Positions 10,862-21,841 of a stretch of DNA of 64,000 nt are shown here, piece by piece. Under the pieces are notes generated by a model. That model did no database searches. It was not told where the DNA came from and was given only the letters and a program-made list of their open reading frames with translations. Each line of letters begins with the position of its first letter. The stretch's first letter is position 1. Both the position numbers and the translations under genes were made by a program. Source of the DNA: Bacteroidota bacterium (GTDB lineage Bacteria > Bacteroidota > Bacteroidia > Chitinophagales > Chitinophagaceae); NCBI GenBank assembly GCA_013288945.1, contig JABDAZ010000011.1:626-64625 (forward strand), read 5' to 3'.

Positions 10862-11764
10862 ATGCAGATGGAAACTGTGGAGCAATCAAGTTCTTTTAAA
10901 ATAGCCGGCAAGTTGCAGGACTATAAACTGCTGATTAAATTCAACCTGAGTTTTATGGTTGTTTTTTCTGCAGTGATAAGTTATTTGCTGGCTCCGAAAG
11001 TGACGGAATTCAACTGGAAATCCATCATACTTTTTTTTGTTGGCGGAATGTTGGTTACAGGAAGTGCCAATGCCATTAACCAGGTTGTTGAAAAAGATAC
11101 AGATGCGATAATGAAACGCACGGCAAACAGGCCGGTGGCATCTGGCAGAATGAGTGTGACGGAAGGCTGGGCATTTGCAATTATTTCGGGCATTGCGGGC
11201 GTATTAATATTGTGGCATTTTAATTTTTTAACCGCGGCTTTGGCGGCGTTCAGTTTGTTTTTATATTCATTTATTTATACGCCTTTAAAAAAGGTAAGTT
11301 CTATTTCAGTATTGGTGGGCGCAATTCCCGGAGCATTGCCTTGTTTAATAGGATGGGCAGCGGGAAATGATGATTTAAGTGCAGGTGGATGGGCTTTGTT
11401 TGCGATACAATTTTTTTGGCAGTTCCCACATTTTTGGGCCATTGCATGGATTGCACATAAAGATTATTCTGCGGCAGGTTTTAAATTGTTGCCATCGGAA
11501 TCGGGGCCGACAAAATACTCGGCGATACAGGCAATAATTTATTCATTATTATTATTACCTGTTGGCGTGTTTCCTTATTTTTTGGGAATAAGTGGCGTGG
11601 TAAGTTTAATAATAGTTTCGGTAGCAAATGTTTTAATGATAACGCAATGCGTTCGTTTATATAAAGACATGACGGTTCAGGCAGCGCGGCGCGTAATGTT
11701 CAGCAGTTATATTTATTTACCAATAGTATTGCTGGCTTTACTAATTGATAAAATAAAAGTTTAG
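10862..11764 (+). CDS. cyoE: Protoheme IX farnesyltransferase (heme o synthase)
   Basis: NQVVEKDTDAIMKRTANRP and FFWQFPHFWAI motifs; start at 10862 or 10868. Confidence 0.95.
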   Translation: MQMETVEQSSSFKIAGKLQDYKLLIKFNLSFMVVFSAVISYLLAPKVTEFNWKSIILFFVGGMLVTGSANAINQVVEKDTDAIMKRTANRPVASGRMSVTEGWAFAIISGIAGVLILWHFNFLTAALAAFSLFLYSFIYTPLKKVSSISVLVGAIPGALPCLIGWAAGNDDLSAGGWALFAIQFFWQFPHFWAIAWIAHKDYSAAGFKLLPSESGPTKYSAIQAIIYSLLLLPVGVFPYFLGISGVVSLIIVSVANVLMITQCVRLYKDMTVQAARRVMFSSYIYLPIVLLALLIDKIKV

Positions 11765-11772
11765 GTAGAATA

Positions 11773-12357
11773 ATGATACAATCAATTGAAGTAAAAGATA
11801 CCGTGAGCGACCAAAGAAAAAAAATACATCCGCATAAATTTACCCTTTGGGTTGGTTTAGGAAGCATTATTATGATGTTTGCTGCCTTTACAAGCGCATA
11901 CATTGTAAAACGCCAGCAACCGGGATGGACAAGTTTTGATTTGCCAGTTGTATTCTGGTATTCGTCGGCGGTGATATTAATAAGCAGCGTAACAATGCAG
12001 TTTGCGGTAAAATCTTTTAAGCAAAGAGAAATGCGGCGTTACCGGCAATTTATTTCTATCACAGCAGTTTGTGGTTTACTTTTTATCGGATTGCAATTAA
12101 TAGGTTTTGATCAAATCTGGAAATCAGGAATTACATTTCGCGGAGCAGGTGGCGGGCAATTTTTATATATAATTGCCGGGTTGCACGCAGTGCATGTGTT
12201 GGGTGGGGTAATAACTTTATTAGTTCTTTTTTTCCAGGCTTTCAATTCTAAAATCAGGAATTATAATAGTGTGCCGATTGAAGTTGCAAGCACATACTGG
12301 CATTTTGTAGATGCACTCTGGATATATTTATTTATTTTCTTTTTGTGGATACATTGA
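11773..12357 (+). CDS. Cytochrome c oxidase subunit III-like protein (first of two)
   Basis: GLHAVHV and YWHFVD motifs. Confidence 0.9.
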   Translation: MIQSIEVKDTVSDQRKKIHPHKFTLWVGLGSIIMMFAAFTSAYIVKRQQPGWTSFDLPVVFWYSSAVILISSVTMQFAVKSFKQREMRRYRQFISITAVCGLLFIGLQLIGFDQIWKSGITFRGAGGGQFLYIIAGLHAVHVLGGVITLLVLFFQAFNSKIRNYNSVPIEVASTYWHFVDALWIYLFIFFLWIH

Positions 12358-12403
12358 TTTTCATTTTTGTTTAAATAAATTTGTGAACTTATAAACCAAC
12401 AAC

Positions 12404-13078
12404 ATGTCACAAGCAGTACCAGCCGGAACAAAATGGTGGAGCGGAGGGAAAAGCCCTTATAATGTGGAATACGGAAAACTAATGATGTGGTTTTTCCTGA
12501 TGAGTGATGCGTTTACTTTTGGCGCCTTTCTTATTGCTTATGGAACCATTCGTTTTTCAAGCAATAGCTGGCCTGATCCGAACCATGTGTTCAGAACATT
12601 TCCGGTAATTGGTGAAATGGCAATTCCGCTCGCGTTTGTGAGTTTGATGACTTTTATATTAATCATGAGTTCTGTTACCATGGTTTTGGCTGTTGCAAAC
12701 GGACATGCAAATAATAAACATGAAGTTGCCAAATGGCTTGGCTGGACGATTGTTGGCGGTTTTGCATTTTTAGGTTGCCAGGCTTGGGAATGGACACATT
12801 TACATGCAGAAGGCGCATGGTGGGGCCACAATCCTTTTATGAATATTGATGGAACACAATCATCAACAAACTTTACAAATTTCTTTTTTACAATAACAGG
12901 CTTTCATGGCTTCCATGTATTTTCCGGCGTGGTTATTAATATTATTATGCTTATAATGACTTTAAATGGTACTTTCGAAAGAAGAGGCCATTATTTAATG
13001 ATTGAAAAAGCAGGTTTATACTGGCATTTTGTTGATTTGGTTTGGGTATTTGTATTTACTTGTTTTTATTTATTTTAA
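12404..13078 (+). CDS. Cytochrome c oxidase subunit III (second of two)
   Basis: TGFHGFHV and GLYWHFVDLVW motifs. Confidence 0.92.
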   Translation: MSQAVPAGTKWWSGGKSPYNVEYGKLMMWFFLMSDAFTFGAFLIAYGTIRFSSNSWPDPNHVFRTFPVIGEMAIPLAFVSLMTFILIMSSVTMVLAVANGHANNKHEVAKWLGWTIVGGFAFLGCQAWEWTHLHAEGAWWGHNPFMNIDGTQSSTNFTNFFFTITGFHGFHVFSGVVINIIMLIMTLNGTFERRGHYLMIEKAGLYWHFVDLVWVFVFTCFYLF

Positions 13079-13107
13079 TAAGATAGAAATTTTTTAAAAG
13101 ATATTTT

Positions 13108-13548
13108 ATGGATAACGTACATACCGTAATAGCGCATGGTGAAGAACCTGCTTTCGATAAAAAAGCAATCTGGAGAACGTTCAGGGTTTTGTTATTAATA
13201 ACCATTATTGAATTGATTTTAGCAATCGGTTATTATGAAATTGATTTTCAAAACAAGCATTTTGTAAAACATGTATTGAACGGAATTTTTGTAATTCTGA
13301 CATTAACAAAGGCGTTTTATATTATTGCAGAATTTATGCACCTTGGCCATGAAATAAAAAATCTTATTCTTACACTTGGCATTCCTGTGTTTTTATTTGT
13401 GTGGTTTATTATTGCTTTTTTATGGGATGGAACTTCTTATAAAAATTTACGCAACACGTACGATCCTTACCAGGTTGAACAAAGCAAAAAGAAAGTAGAA
13501 CAAAAGGAAAAAGAACCTGAAGCGAAAAAGCCGGGAATGGCGGAGTAA
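13108..13548 (+). CDS. Cytochrome c oxidase subunit IV family protein
   Basis: KAFYIIAEFMHLGHE motif, three TM segments, gene order. Confidence 0.85.
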   Translation: MDNVHTVIAHGEEPAFDKKAIWRTFRVLLLITIIELILAIGYYEIDFQNKHFVKHVLNGIFVILTLTKAFYIIAEFMHLGHEIKNLILTLGIPVFLFVWFIIAFLWDGTSYKNLRNTYDPYQVEQSKKKVEQKEKEPEAKKPGMAE

Positions 13549-13582
13549 TGAAAAATATTTTTGTAAACAGAATATAATTTAT

Positions 13583-13612
13583 AAACCATCCGCTTTGCAG
13601 GATGGTTTTTTT
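13583..13612 (+). terminator. Intrinsic terminator after cox IV
   Basis: AAACCATCC-N8-GGATGGTTT followed by T-run. Confidence 0.7.
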
Positions 13613-13637
13613 ATCAGCTAAAATAAATTTAAGGATT

Positions 13638-14438
13638 GTGAGTAAGAAAGCTTTGCTGGCGTTGGGTATCGCGATATTTATCCCGTTAATAAGTTATTTC
13701 ATCGTAAAAGGCGCAAGCGATGATGCCATTGATATGCCCAAAAGATTTTTTTATGATTCTGTAGAAAGCAAAATGCAGGATGGAAAAAAAGTAGACGATA
13801 CACTCTGGCATTCCGTTAATAATATTACATTAACCAATCAGCTTGGCGCGCAGGTTTCCTTAAATCAGTTAGATGGGAAAGTAATTGTTGCAGATTTTTT
13901 CTTTACGCATTGCCCAACTATTTGCCCGAAGCTCACGCACAATATGGAACAATTGCAAGCGTCGCTGAAGCTGAATGATAACATGAAAAGGCTAGATACA
14001 ACCTTCGTTCAATTTCTTTCTTTTAGTGTAGATCCGGAAAGAGATTCATCTGTTGCATTAAAAAAATATGGCGACCGGTTTGGCGTAAACCCGGATGTAT
14101 GGTGGTTATTAACGGGCCCGAAAAAAACGATTTACGATTTCGCATTGAACGAATTAAAATTGGGTTTGCAGGATGGCGAAGGCGTTGATTCGAATTTTAT
14201 ACATACACAAAAAATTGCGCTGCTTGATAAACAACATGTGGTAAGAGGTTATTATAATGGATTAGACAGCGCGAGCCTTTCCAAACTGGCGCAGGATATT
14301 GTTTTTATAATGCTTGAAAAAGACAGGCATAAAAAACCCGAAGTGTTTGCAGAAATGCATGCCATCTGGCCGATTTTTATCGTTGTGATTTTTGCTGTAA
14401 TAATATTTATGCTGTTCAACAGGAAGCCGAAATTCTAA
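13638..14438 (+). CDS. SCO/SenC copper chaperone
   Basis: FFFTHCPTICP (CxxxC), SVDPERD and conserved His; GTG start at 13638 preferred because ATG 13602 lies in the terminator. Confidence 0.9.
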   Translation: MSKKALLALGIAIFIPLISYFIVKGASDDAIDMPKRFFYDSVESKMQDGKKVDDTLWHSVNNITLTNQLGAQVSLNQLDGKVIVADFFFTHCPTICPKLTHNMEQLQASLKLNDNMKRLDTTFVQFLSFSVDPERDSSVALKKYGDRFGVNPDVWWLLTGPKKTIYDFALNELKLGLQDGEGVDSNFIHTQKIALLDKQHVVRGYYNGLDSASLSKLAQDIVFIMLEKDRHKKPEVFAEMHAIWPIFIVVIFAVIIFMLFNRKPKF

Positions 14439-14465
14439 AACTCTTTCATTTTTATAAAATAAATT

Positions 14466-15008
14466 ATGTTAGTTCCCGCTCTTAAAAAAAATGATAGCCA
14501 GGCAAAATGGTTAATTGGTATTTTCAGTTTTGTTGTGTTTGCTGCAGTAACAACACTTGGAGCAATCAAATTAAAATTTAATCTTTCATTTAACGTACAC
14601 ATTTTTGCAACAATAAATGCAGTTATAAATTCAATAGTAACGGTGTTGCTTCTTGCTGCATTAATAGCAGTTAAACAGCAAAAATTTATTTTGCACAAAG
14701 GGTTGATGTTATCCGCAATGGTATTATCAATTTTGTTTTTGGTTTCTTATATCTGCCATCATTTATTGGCGGGCGATACAAAATATGGAGGCAGCGGCGC
14801 GATACGTTATTTTTATTTTGTTATATTAATCACGCATATTTTTTTAGCTGTTGTTGTTTTGCCTTTTATTTTATTTACCGCATACCGCGCATTAATCGGC
14901 GAATATGAAGCGCATAAAAAACTCGCGCGCATTACCTGGCCAATTTGGTTCTATGTTTCAATAACGGGCGTGCTGGTGTATTTTTTAATAAGCCCGTATT
15001 ATCATTAA
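14466..15008 (+). CDS. DUF420 membrane protein (CtaM-like oxidase assembly factor)
   Basis: HKKLARITWPIWFYVSITGVLVY motif, position after SCO. Confidence 0.85.
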   Translation: MLVPALKKNDSQAKWLIGIFSFVVFAAVTTLGAIKLKFNLSFNVHIFATINAVINSIVTVLLLAALIAVKQQKFILHKGLMLSAMVLSILFLVSYICHHLLAGDTKYGGSGAIRYFYFVILITHIFLAVVVLPFILFTAYRALIGEYEAHKKLARITWPIWFYVSITGVLVYFLISPYYH

Positions 15009-15092
15009 TAAGTTTTTACAAGATTTTAATGATTGAGATTTTATTAATAATAAAATCATTAATCTTTATTCTTTTATAAAAATGAAATTTAA

Positions 15093-17294
<2,202 letters not shown>

Positions 17295-17336
17295 TAATTT
17301 ATTCTTCATTAATAATTTTTTTAAAAATATATGTTG

Positions 17337-17368
17337 AAAAAGGAATTGGTTAAACCAGTTCCTTTTTT
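17337..17368 (+). terminator. Intrinsic terminator after ligA
   Basis: AAAAAGGAATTGGT-TAA-ACCAGTTCCTTTTTT. Confidence 0.7.
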
Positions 17369-17403
17369 ATTTGTTATAATTGTTATTAATAAATAATAAA
17401 ATC

Positions 17404-18075
17404 ATGCTTCAAAATAATACTGTAAAATTTTTAAAAGATCTTAAAAAGAATAATAACAAACCATGGTTTGATGCAAACAGAATGCGCTACGATGAAGCAA
17501 GAAAAGATTTCGAAATTTTTATTCAATTATTAATAGATAAGCACGGAAAAAAAGATAAAAGTATTGCTGAATTGAAAGCAAAGGAATGTATGTTTCGTAT
17601 TAATCGAGACATACGTTTTGCAAAAGATAAAACGCCGTATAAAATAAATATGTCTGCATCAATAGGGCGCGGCGGAAAAAAATCTTTGTTCGCAAGTTAT
17701 TATTTTCAATTGGAGCCGTCTGGCGAATCCCTTATCTGTGGCGGGTTGTGGGCGCCAATGCCACCTGAATTAAAAAAAGTACGGCAGGAAATTGATTACA
17801 ATTTTGATGATTTACAAAAGATTATCAGCAACAAAAAATTTAAAACTGTTTTTAAAGATTTATACAAAGGAGAAGATGCGACGTTAATAAAAGTGCCGCA
17901 AGGTTTTGAAAAAGATAACCCCGCTGCAGATTATTTAAAGTTGAAAAGTTTTATCGCCATCAAGCCATTAAAAGATATCGATCTCACATCAAAAGATCTT
18001 GAAAAAAATATTTTAGAAGCCATGGAAGCGGCTCAACCATTTGTGGAGTTTATTAATAGAAGCATTGAAGATTGA
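17404..18075 (+). CDS. DUF2461 family protein
   Basis: FLKDLKKNNNKPWF and FRINRDIRFAKDKTPYK motifs. Confidence 0.9.
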   Translation: MLQNNTVKFLKDLKKNNNKPWFDANRMRYDEARKDFEIFIQLLIDKHGKKDKSIAELKAKECMFRINRDIRFAKDKTPYKINMSASIGRGGKKSLFASYYFQLEPSGESLICGGLWAPMPPELKKVRQEIDYNFDDLQKIISNKKFKTVFKDLYKGEDATLIKVPQGFEKDNPAADYLKLKSFIAIKPLKDIDLTSKDLEKNILEAMEAAQPFVEFINRSIED

Positions 18076-18144
18076 TGAACGATGAACGTGGGCCGATGAT
18101 CGAATTTTTGTATCTTGATCATCGGCCAACGCCCATCCGCCATC
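18074..18144. repeat. Heptamer-periodic inverted repeat between convergent DUF2461 and asd
   Basis: GATGAAC-GATGAAC-GTGGGCC-GATGATC; perfect 11-bp IR GGCCGATGATC (18091-18101) / GATCATCGGCC (18117-18127). Confidence 0.75.
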
Positions 18145-18148
18145 TATA

Positions 18149-19138
18149 CTAAAGCAATCCTTTCTCCAACAAATACTCCGCAATTTGCACTGCGTTTGTT
18201 GCGGCGCCTTTGCGTAAATTATCACTCACGATCCACATGTTTAATGTGTTTGGTTGCGTTTCATCTCTTCTTAATCGTCCAACAAACACATCATCTTTTT
18301 CATGCGCATCTTTTGGCATCGGATATTTTTGTGTAAGCGGATCATCAACAACAACAACGCCCGGCGCTTCACTTAATATTTTTTTTATGTCAGCCAAATC
18401 AAAATCTTTTTCAAACTCAACATTAACAGATTCACTATGCCCGCCCATTACAGGAATGCGCACCGCTGTTGCCGTAACACGAATAGAATCATCGCGCATA
18501 ATTTTGCGCGTTTCATTCACCATTTTCATTTCTTCTTTCGTGTAACCATTATCTAAAAAAACATCAATCTGCGGAATCGCATTCATATCAATCTGGTATT
18601 TATAAGCCATCTCGCCATCAATTCCTTTGCGTTCATTCATCAATTGTGCAACCGCTTTCACGCCAGTGCCAGTAACGCTTTGGTAAGTTGAAACCACAAT
18701 TCTTTTTATAATAAATTTTTTATGCAACGGGTTTAATGCAACAACCATTTGTATCGTTGAGCAATTCGGGTTCGCAATAATTTTATCATCACTCGTTAAT
18801 GCATCTGCATTTATTTCCGGCACAATTAATTTTTTTGTTGCATCCATTCGCCAAGCAGATGAATTGTCAATTACAGTAATTCCAGCGGCAGCAAACTTTG
18901 GCGCCAGTTCAAGCGAAGTACTTCCGCCTGCTGAAAATATTGCTACATCTGGCTTTACGGCAATTGCATCTTCTGCGCTTATCACTTTATATTTTTTTCC
19001 CTTGTAGTCAACTTCCTTACCGATGGATTTTTCTGAGGCAACCGGAAACAATTCTGTAACCGGAAAATTTCTTTCTGCAAGTACTTGTAACATTTTTGTA
19101 CCAACCAATCCTGTGGCGCCTACAACTGCAACTTTCAT
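18149..19138 (-). CDS. asd: Aspartate-semialdehyde dehydrogenase
   Basis: VVGATGLVG, IDNSSAWRM, NPNCST catalytic Cys, DNLRKGAA. Confidence 0.97.
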   Translation of the reverse strand: MKVAVVGATGLVGTKMLQVLAERNFPVTELFPVASEKSIGKEVDYKGKKYKVISAEDAIAVKPDVAIFSAGGSTSLELAPKFAAAGITVIDNSSAWRMDATKKLIVPEINADALTSDDKIIANPNCSTIQMVVALNPLHKKFIIKRIVVSTYQSVTGTGVKAVAQLMNERKGIDGEMAYKYQIDMNAIPQIDVFLDNGYTKEEMKMVNETRKIMRDDSIRVTATAVRIPVMGGHSESVNVEFEKDFDLADIKKILSEAPGVVVVDDPLTQKYPMPKDAHEKDDVFVGRLRRDETQPNTLNMWIVSDNLRKGAATNAVQIAEYLLEKGLL

Positions 19139-19242
19139 TTTGTTTTTTTTAATTAATAATAAAAAATTTATTGTTTACTTATTTATAAATAATACAACCA
19201 TTAATAAATTTTATCGTCGTATAATTTTTATATTTTTCTTTT

Positions 19243-19316
19243 TTTTGTACTTAGCATTTGATTAATAATTAAGCATCGTTGCGTCGCACACTTGTACGTT
19301 CGGTTCATTATTCATC
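19243..19316 (-). repeat. Dispersed ~75-nt element, copy 3
   Basis: Minus strand GATGAATAATGAACCGAACGTACAAGTGTGCGACGCAACG...CTAAGTACAAAA. Confidence 0.85.
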
Positions 19317-19347
19317 TCATCAATTCCGGTTAAGAAAAAATCAAGTC

Positions 19348-19380
19348 AAAAAAAAACCTTCCCTGATTCGGGAAGGCTTT
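19348..19380 (-). terminator. Attenuator terminator upstream of asd
   Basis: Minus strand GCCTTCCC-GAATCA-GGGAAGG followed by 9 T, ~210 nt before the asd start. Confidence 0.8.
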
Positions 19381-19403
19381 TATTATTTTGAAACACAAAA
19401 CAA

Positions 19404-19469
19404 TCAGGCAGCTTCCCCTTGCAGGAACTGTTTCTTAATTTGCTTTGTATCGGTTATAATCATTTTCAT
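19404..19469 (-). CDS. Putative asd leader peptide MKMIITDTKQIKKQFLQGEAA
   Basis: Hand-translated 21-codon ORF ending ~25 nt before the terminator; first 13 codons nearly all aspartate-family residues. Confidence 0.7.
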   Translation of the reverse strand: MKMIITDTKQIKKQFLQGEAA

Positions 19470-19543
19470 AACAGTTTGTAAAAATAGCAATGAAATATTT
19501 TCTTCCCAAATATTTTTACCTTTATTATTAATAATTAAACCTT

Positions 19544-21262
19544 ATGCCTTTTCGATTGCTGATAAGTTACCTTATCGTAAGCTGCGCCTGCATGCATGCT
19601 TACGCGCAAACACCCAAGCGATACGATGTTGTTATTGATGAAATACTTGCAGACCCAACGCCCGTTGTTGGATTGCCAAATGCAGAATTTATAGAATTGA
19701 AAAATGTTTCCGACAGCGCTTTTAATTTAAAAAATTGGAAAATTATTAATGGAACAACAACTGCAACAATCAAATCAAATTTTATTTTGCAGCCAGATAG
19801 TTTTGTAATAATCTGTGCAACATCATCTGCAAATGCGTATTCAAATTTTGGTGCAGCGATTGGTGTTTCTAATTTTCCATCGTTAAATAATAATGCCGAT
19901 ATTATTAGTTTGCAATCTCCCAACGCATTAATAATTCATACAATTGCGTATGATAAAAGTTGGTACCAGAATGACATTAAAAGCGCTGGTGGCTGGTCTT
20001 TAGAAATGATTGATACAAAAAATCCATGCACCGGTTTTGAAAACTGGAAAGCAAGTACAAACATAATAGGCGGCACACCCGGACAAAAAAATTCCATTGA
20101 TGGCATTAATAAAGATGAACAACCGCCAATATTATTGCGCACTTATACAATTGATAGTGTAACAATTGTTGCGGTGTTTAATGAACCGCTTGATAGTAAC
20201 AGCGCATCAACTCTTTCAAATTATTTTATTGATAATGGTATTAATAATCCAACATCAGCAATTGCACAATCGCCATTGTTTACACAAGTGATTTTAAAAT
20301 TTTCAACAAAACTTTCTGCAAATATTATATATCATCTTACATCAAATAATATTTCTGATTGCGTTGGAAATGTTAGTGCATCAAATAATGTAAAAGCTGG
20401 TTTGCCGGTTTTATCAGACACGAATGATATTGTTATTAATGAAATTTTATTCAACCCCAAAACCGGTGGCTATGATTATGCGGAATTTTATAACAGAAGC
20501 AATAAAATAATCGACATGCAACAATTATATGTTGCCACAAGAGACGCAACTGGATTATTGAAATCAATCACGCAATTAAGTGCAACGCCATTATTATTTT
20601 TTCCTGGAGATTATTATGTGATTACTGAAAATACATTGTGGGTTGAACAAAATTACCTCGTAAAAAATCCTGATAACATGATTGAGCTTTCATCATTACC
20701 ATCATTTGCTGATGATGATGGAATAATTGTTTTACTAAATCAAAATGAAAAGTTGATTGATGAATTGCATTATAATAGCAACTGGCAACTTGCAATCATT
20801 ACAGATGCATCGGGAATTGCATTGGAAAGAATTGATTATAATAAGCCAACGCAAAATGCAGGCAATTGGGCGTCTGCCGCATCCACAGCGGGTTATGGAA
20901 CACCGACATATCAAAATTCAGAATTTCAATCTAATCAATTTGCCAAAGGCGAAATAAATATTACACCAAAAATATTTTCTCCTGATAATGATGGTTTTGA
21001 AGACTATTGTTTTATTAACTACACAATTCCAAACGCTGGTTATGTTGCAAACATTAATATCTATAATGCATCCGGAAGAGTTGTAAGAAATATAGCAGCC
21101 AATGCAACACTTGCATTAACCGGAACATTCAGATGGGATGGATTAGATGACAAACAACAAAAATTACCAGTCGGCATTTATATAATCGTCACACAAATTT
21201 TTGATCTCACCGGAAAAACAAAACAATTTAAAAATGTTGTAACGCTTGCGAGAAGAATGTAA
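19544..21262 (+). CDS. Secreted lamin-tail-domain protein with T9SS type-B C-terminal domain
   Basis: Signal peptide, two (V)INE/IDEIL..EFIEL.N LTD-like repeats, FSPDNDG...WDG...GIY C-terminus. Confidence 0.8.
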   Translation: MPFRLLISYLIVSCACMHAYAQTPKRYDVVIDEILADPTPVVGLPNAEFIELKNVSDSAFNLKNWKIINGTTTATIKSNFILQPDSFVIICATSSANAYSNFGAAIGVSNFPSLNNNADIISLQSPNALIIHTIAYDKSWYQNDIKSAGGWSLEMIDTKNPCTGFENWKASTNIIGGTPGQKNSIDGINKDEQPPILLRTYTIDSVTIVAVFNEPLDSNSASTLSNYFIDNGINNPTSAIAQSPLFTQVILKFSTKLSANIIYHLTSNNISDCVGNVSASNNVKAGLPVLSDTNDIVINEILFNPKTGGYDYAEFYNRSNKIIDMQQLYVATRDATGLLKSITQLSATPLLFFPGDYYVITENTLWVEQNYLVKNPDNMIELSSLPSFADDDGIIVLLNQNEKLIDELHYNSNWQLAIITDASGIALERIDYNKPTQNAGNWASAASTAGYGTPTYQNSEFQSNQFAKGEINITPKIFSPDNDGFEDYCFINYTIPNAGYVANINIYNASGRVVRNIAANATLALTGTFRWDGLDDKQQKLPVGIYIIVTQIFDLTGKTKQFKNVVTLARRM

Positions 21263-21327
21263 AATAATTTTCGGTTGAAAAATTTCAATTTATAAATGCA
21301 ACTACCGAACTATAAAAATGAGATAAA

Positions 21328-21588
21328 ATGAGTAAATTTGAGAAGCTAAAACAAAAAATTTTATCAGGCGAATTTGATAGAAATATTGAATTTGATGAAC
21401 TTAGAAAACTAATATTGTCATTGAATTTTCAGGAAAGAATAAGAGGCAGCCATCACATTTATTATAAAGACGAGGTTAAAGAAATTATTAATATTCAACC
21501 TAATCAGCAGAAAGCAAAACCTTATCAGGTAAAACAAGTAAGAGAGCTTATTATAAAATACAAATTAATTTCTTTTAATAATGAATAG
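21328..21588 (+). CDS. hicA: HicA family toxin
   Basis: RIRGSHHIY and KAKPYQVKQV motifs; 8-nt overlap with hicB. Confidence 0.9.
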   Translation: MSKFEKLKQKILSGEFDRNIEFDELRKLILSLNFQERIRGSHHIYYKDEVKEIINIQPNQQKAKPYQVKQVRELIIKYKLISFNNE

Positions 21589-21793
21589 CAAATACGAAAT
21601 AATAATTTATTGGAGTAAGGAAGATGACGCATTTATTGCTGAAGTGCCTGAATTAGCAGGCTGCATGGCAGACGGCGCATCTTATATAGAAGCTTTGCAA
21701 AACGTGGAAATAATCATTGCAGAATGGCTTGAAACAGCAAAATCAATTGGCAAAATTATTCCAGAACCAAAGGGCAAATTAATTTATGCATAA
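21581..21793 (+). CDS. hicB: Short HicB family antitoxin
   Basis: YWSKEDDAFIAEVPELAGCMADG..IPEPKG motif. Confidence 0.9.
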   Translation: MNSKYEIIIYWSKEDDAFIAEVPELAGCMADGASYIEALQNVEIIIAEWLETAKSIGKIIPEPKGKLIYA

Positions 21794-21829
21794 AAAAAGA
21801 AGTCAGGTTTTAAACCCAACTTCTTTTTT
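21792..21829. terminator. Bidirectional terminator between hicB and the M13 peptidase gene
   Basis: A7-GAAGT..GG / CC..ACTTC-T6 hairpin between convergent genes. Confidence 0.65.
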
Positions 21830-21841
21830 ATTAATAAATTT

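Noticed and set aside
10770-10864. The dispersed element as a peptide family: five copies read (L/M)N(K/N)ExxVQ(E/V)CDA, and copy 2's frame ends in a TGATG overlap with cyoE
   Set aside because: The core shows almost no synonymous variation, copy 6 has a 1-nt deletion breaking the frame, most copies lack an ATG and stop positions differ; nucleotide-level constraint fits better
19279-19638. 119-aa plus-strand ORF
   Set aside because: Starts inside the repeat and overlaps the attenuator and the lamin-tail gene; no motif
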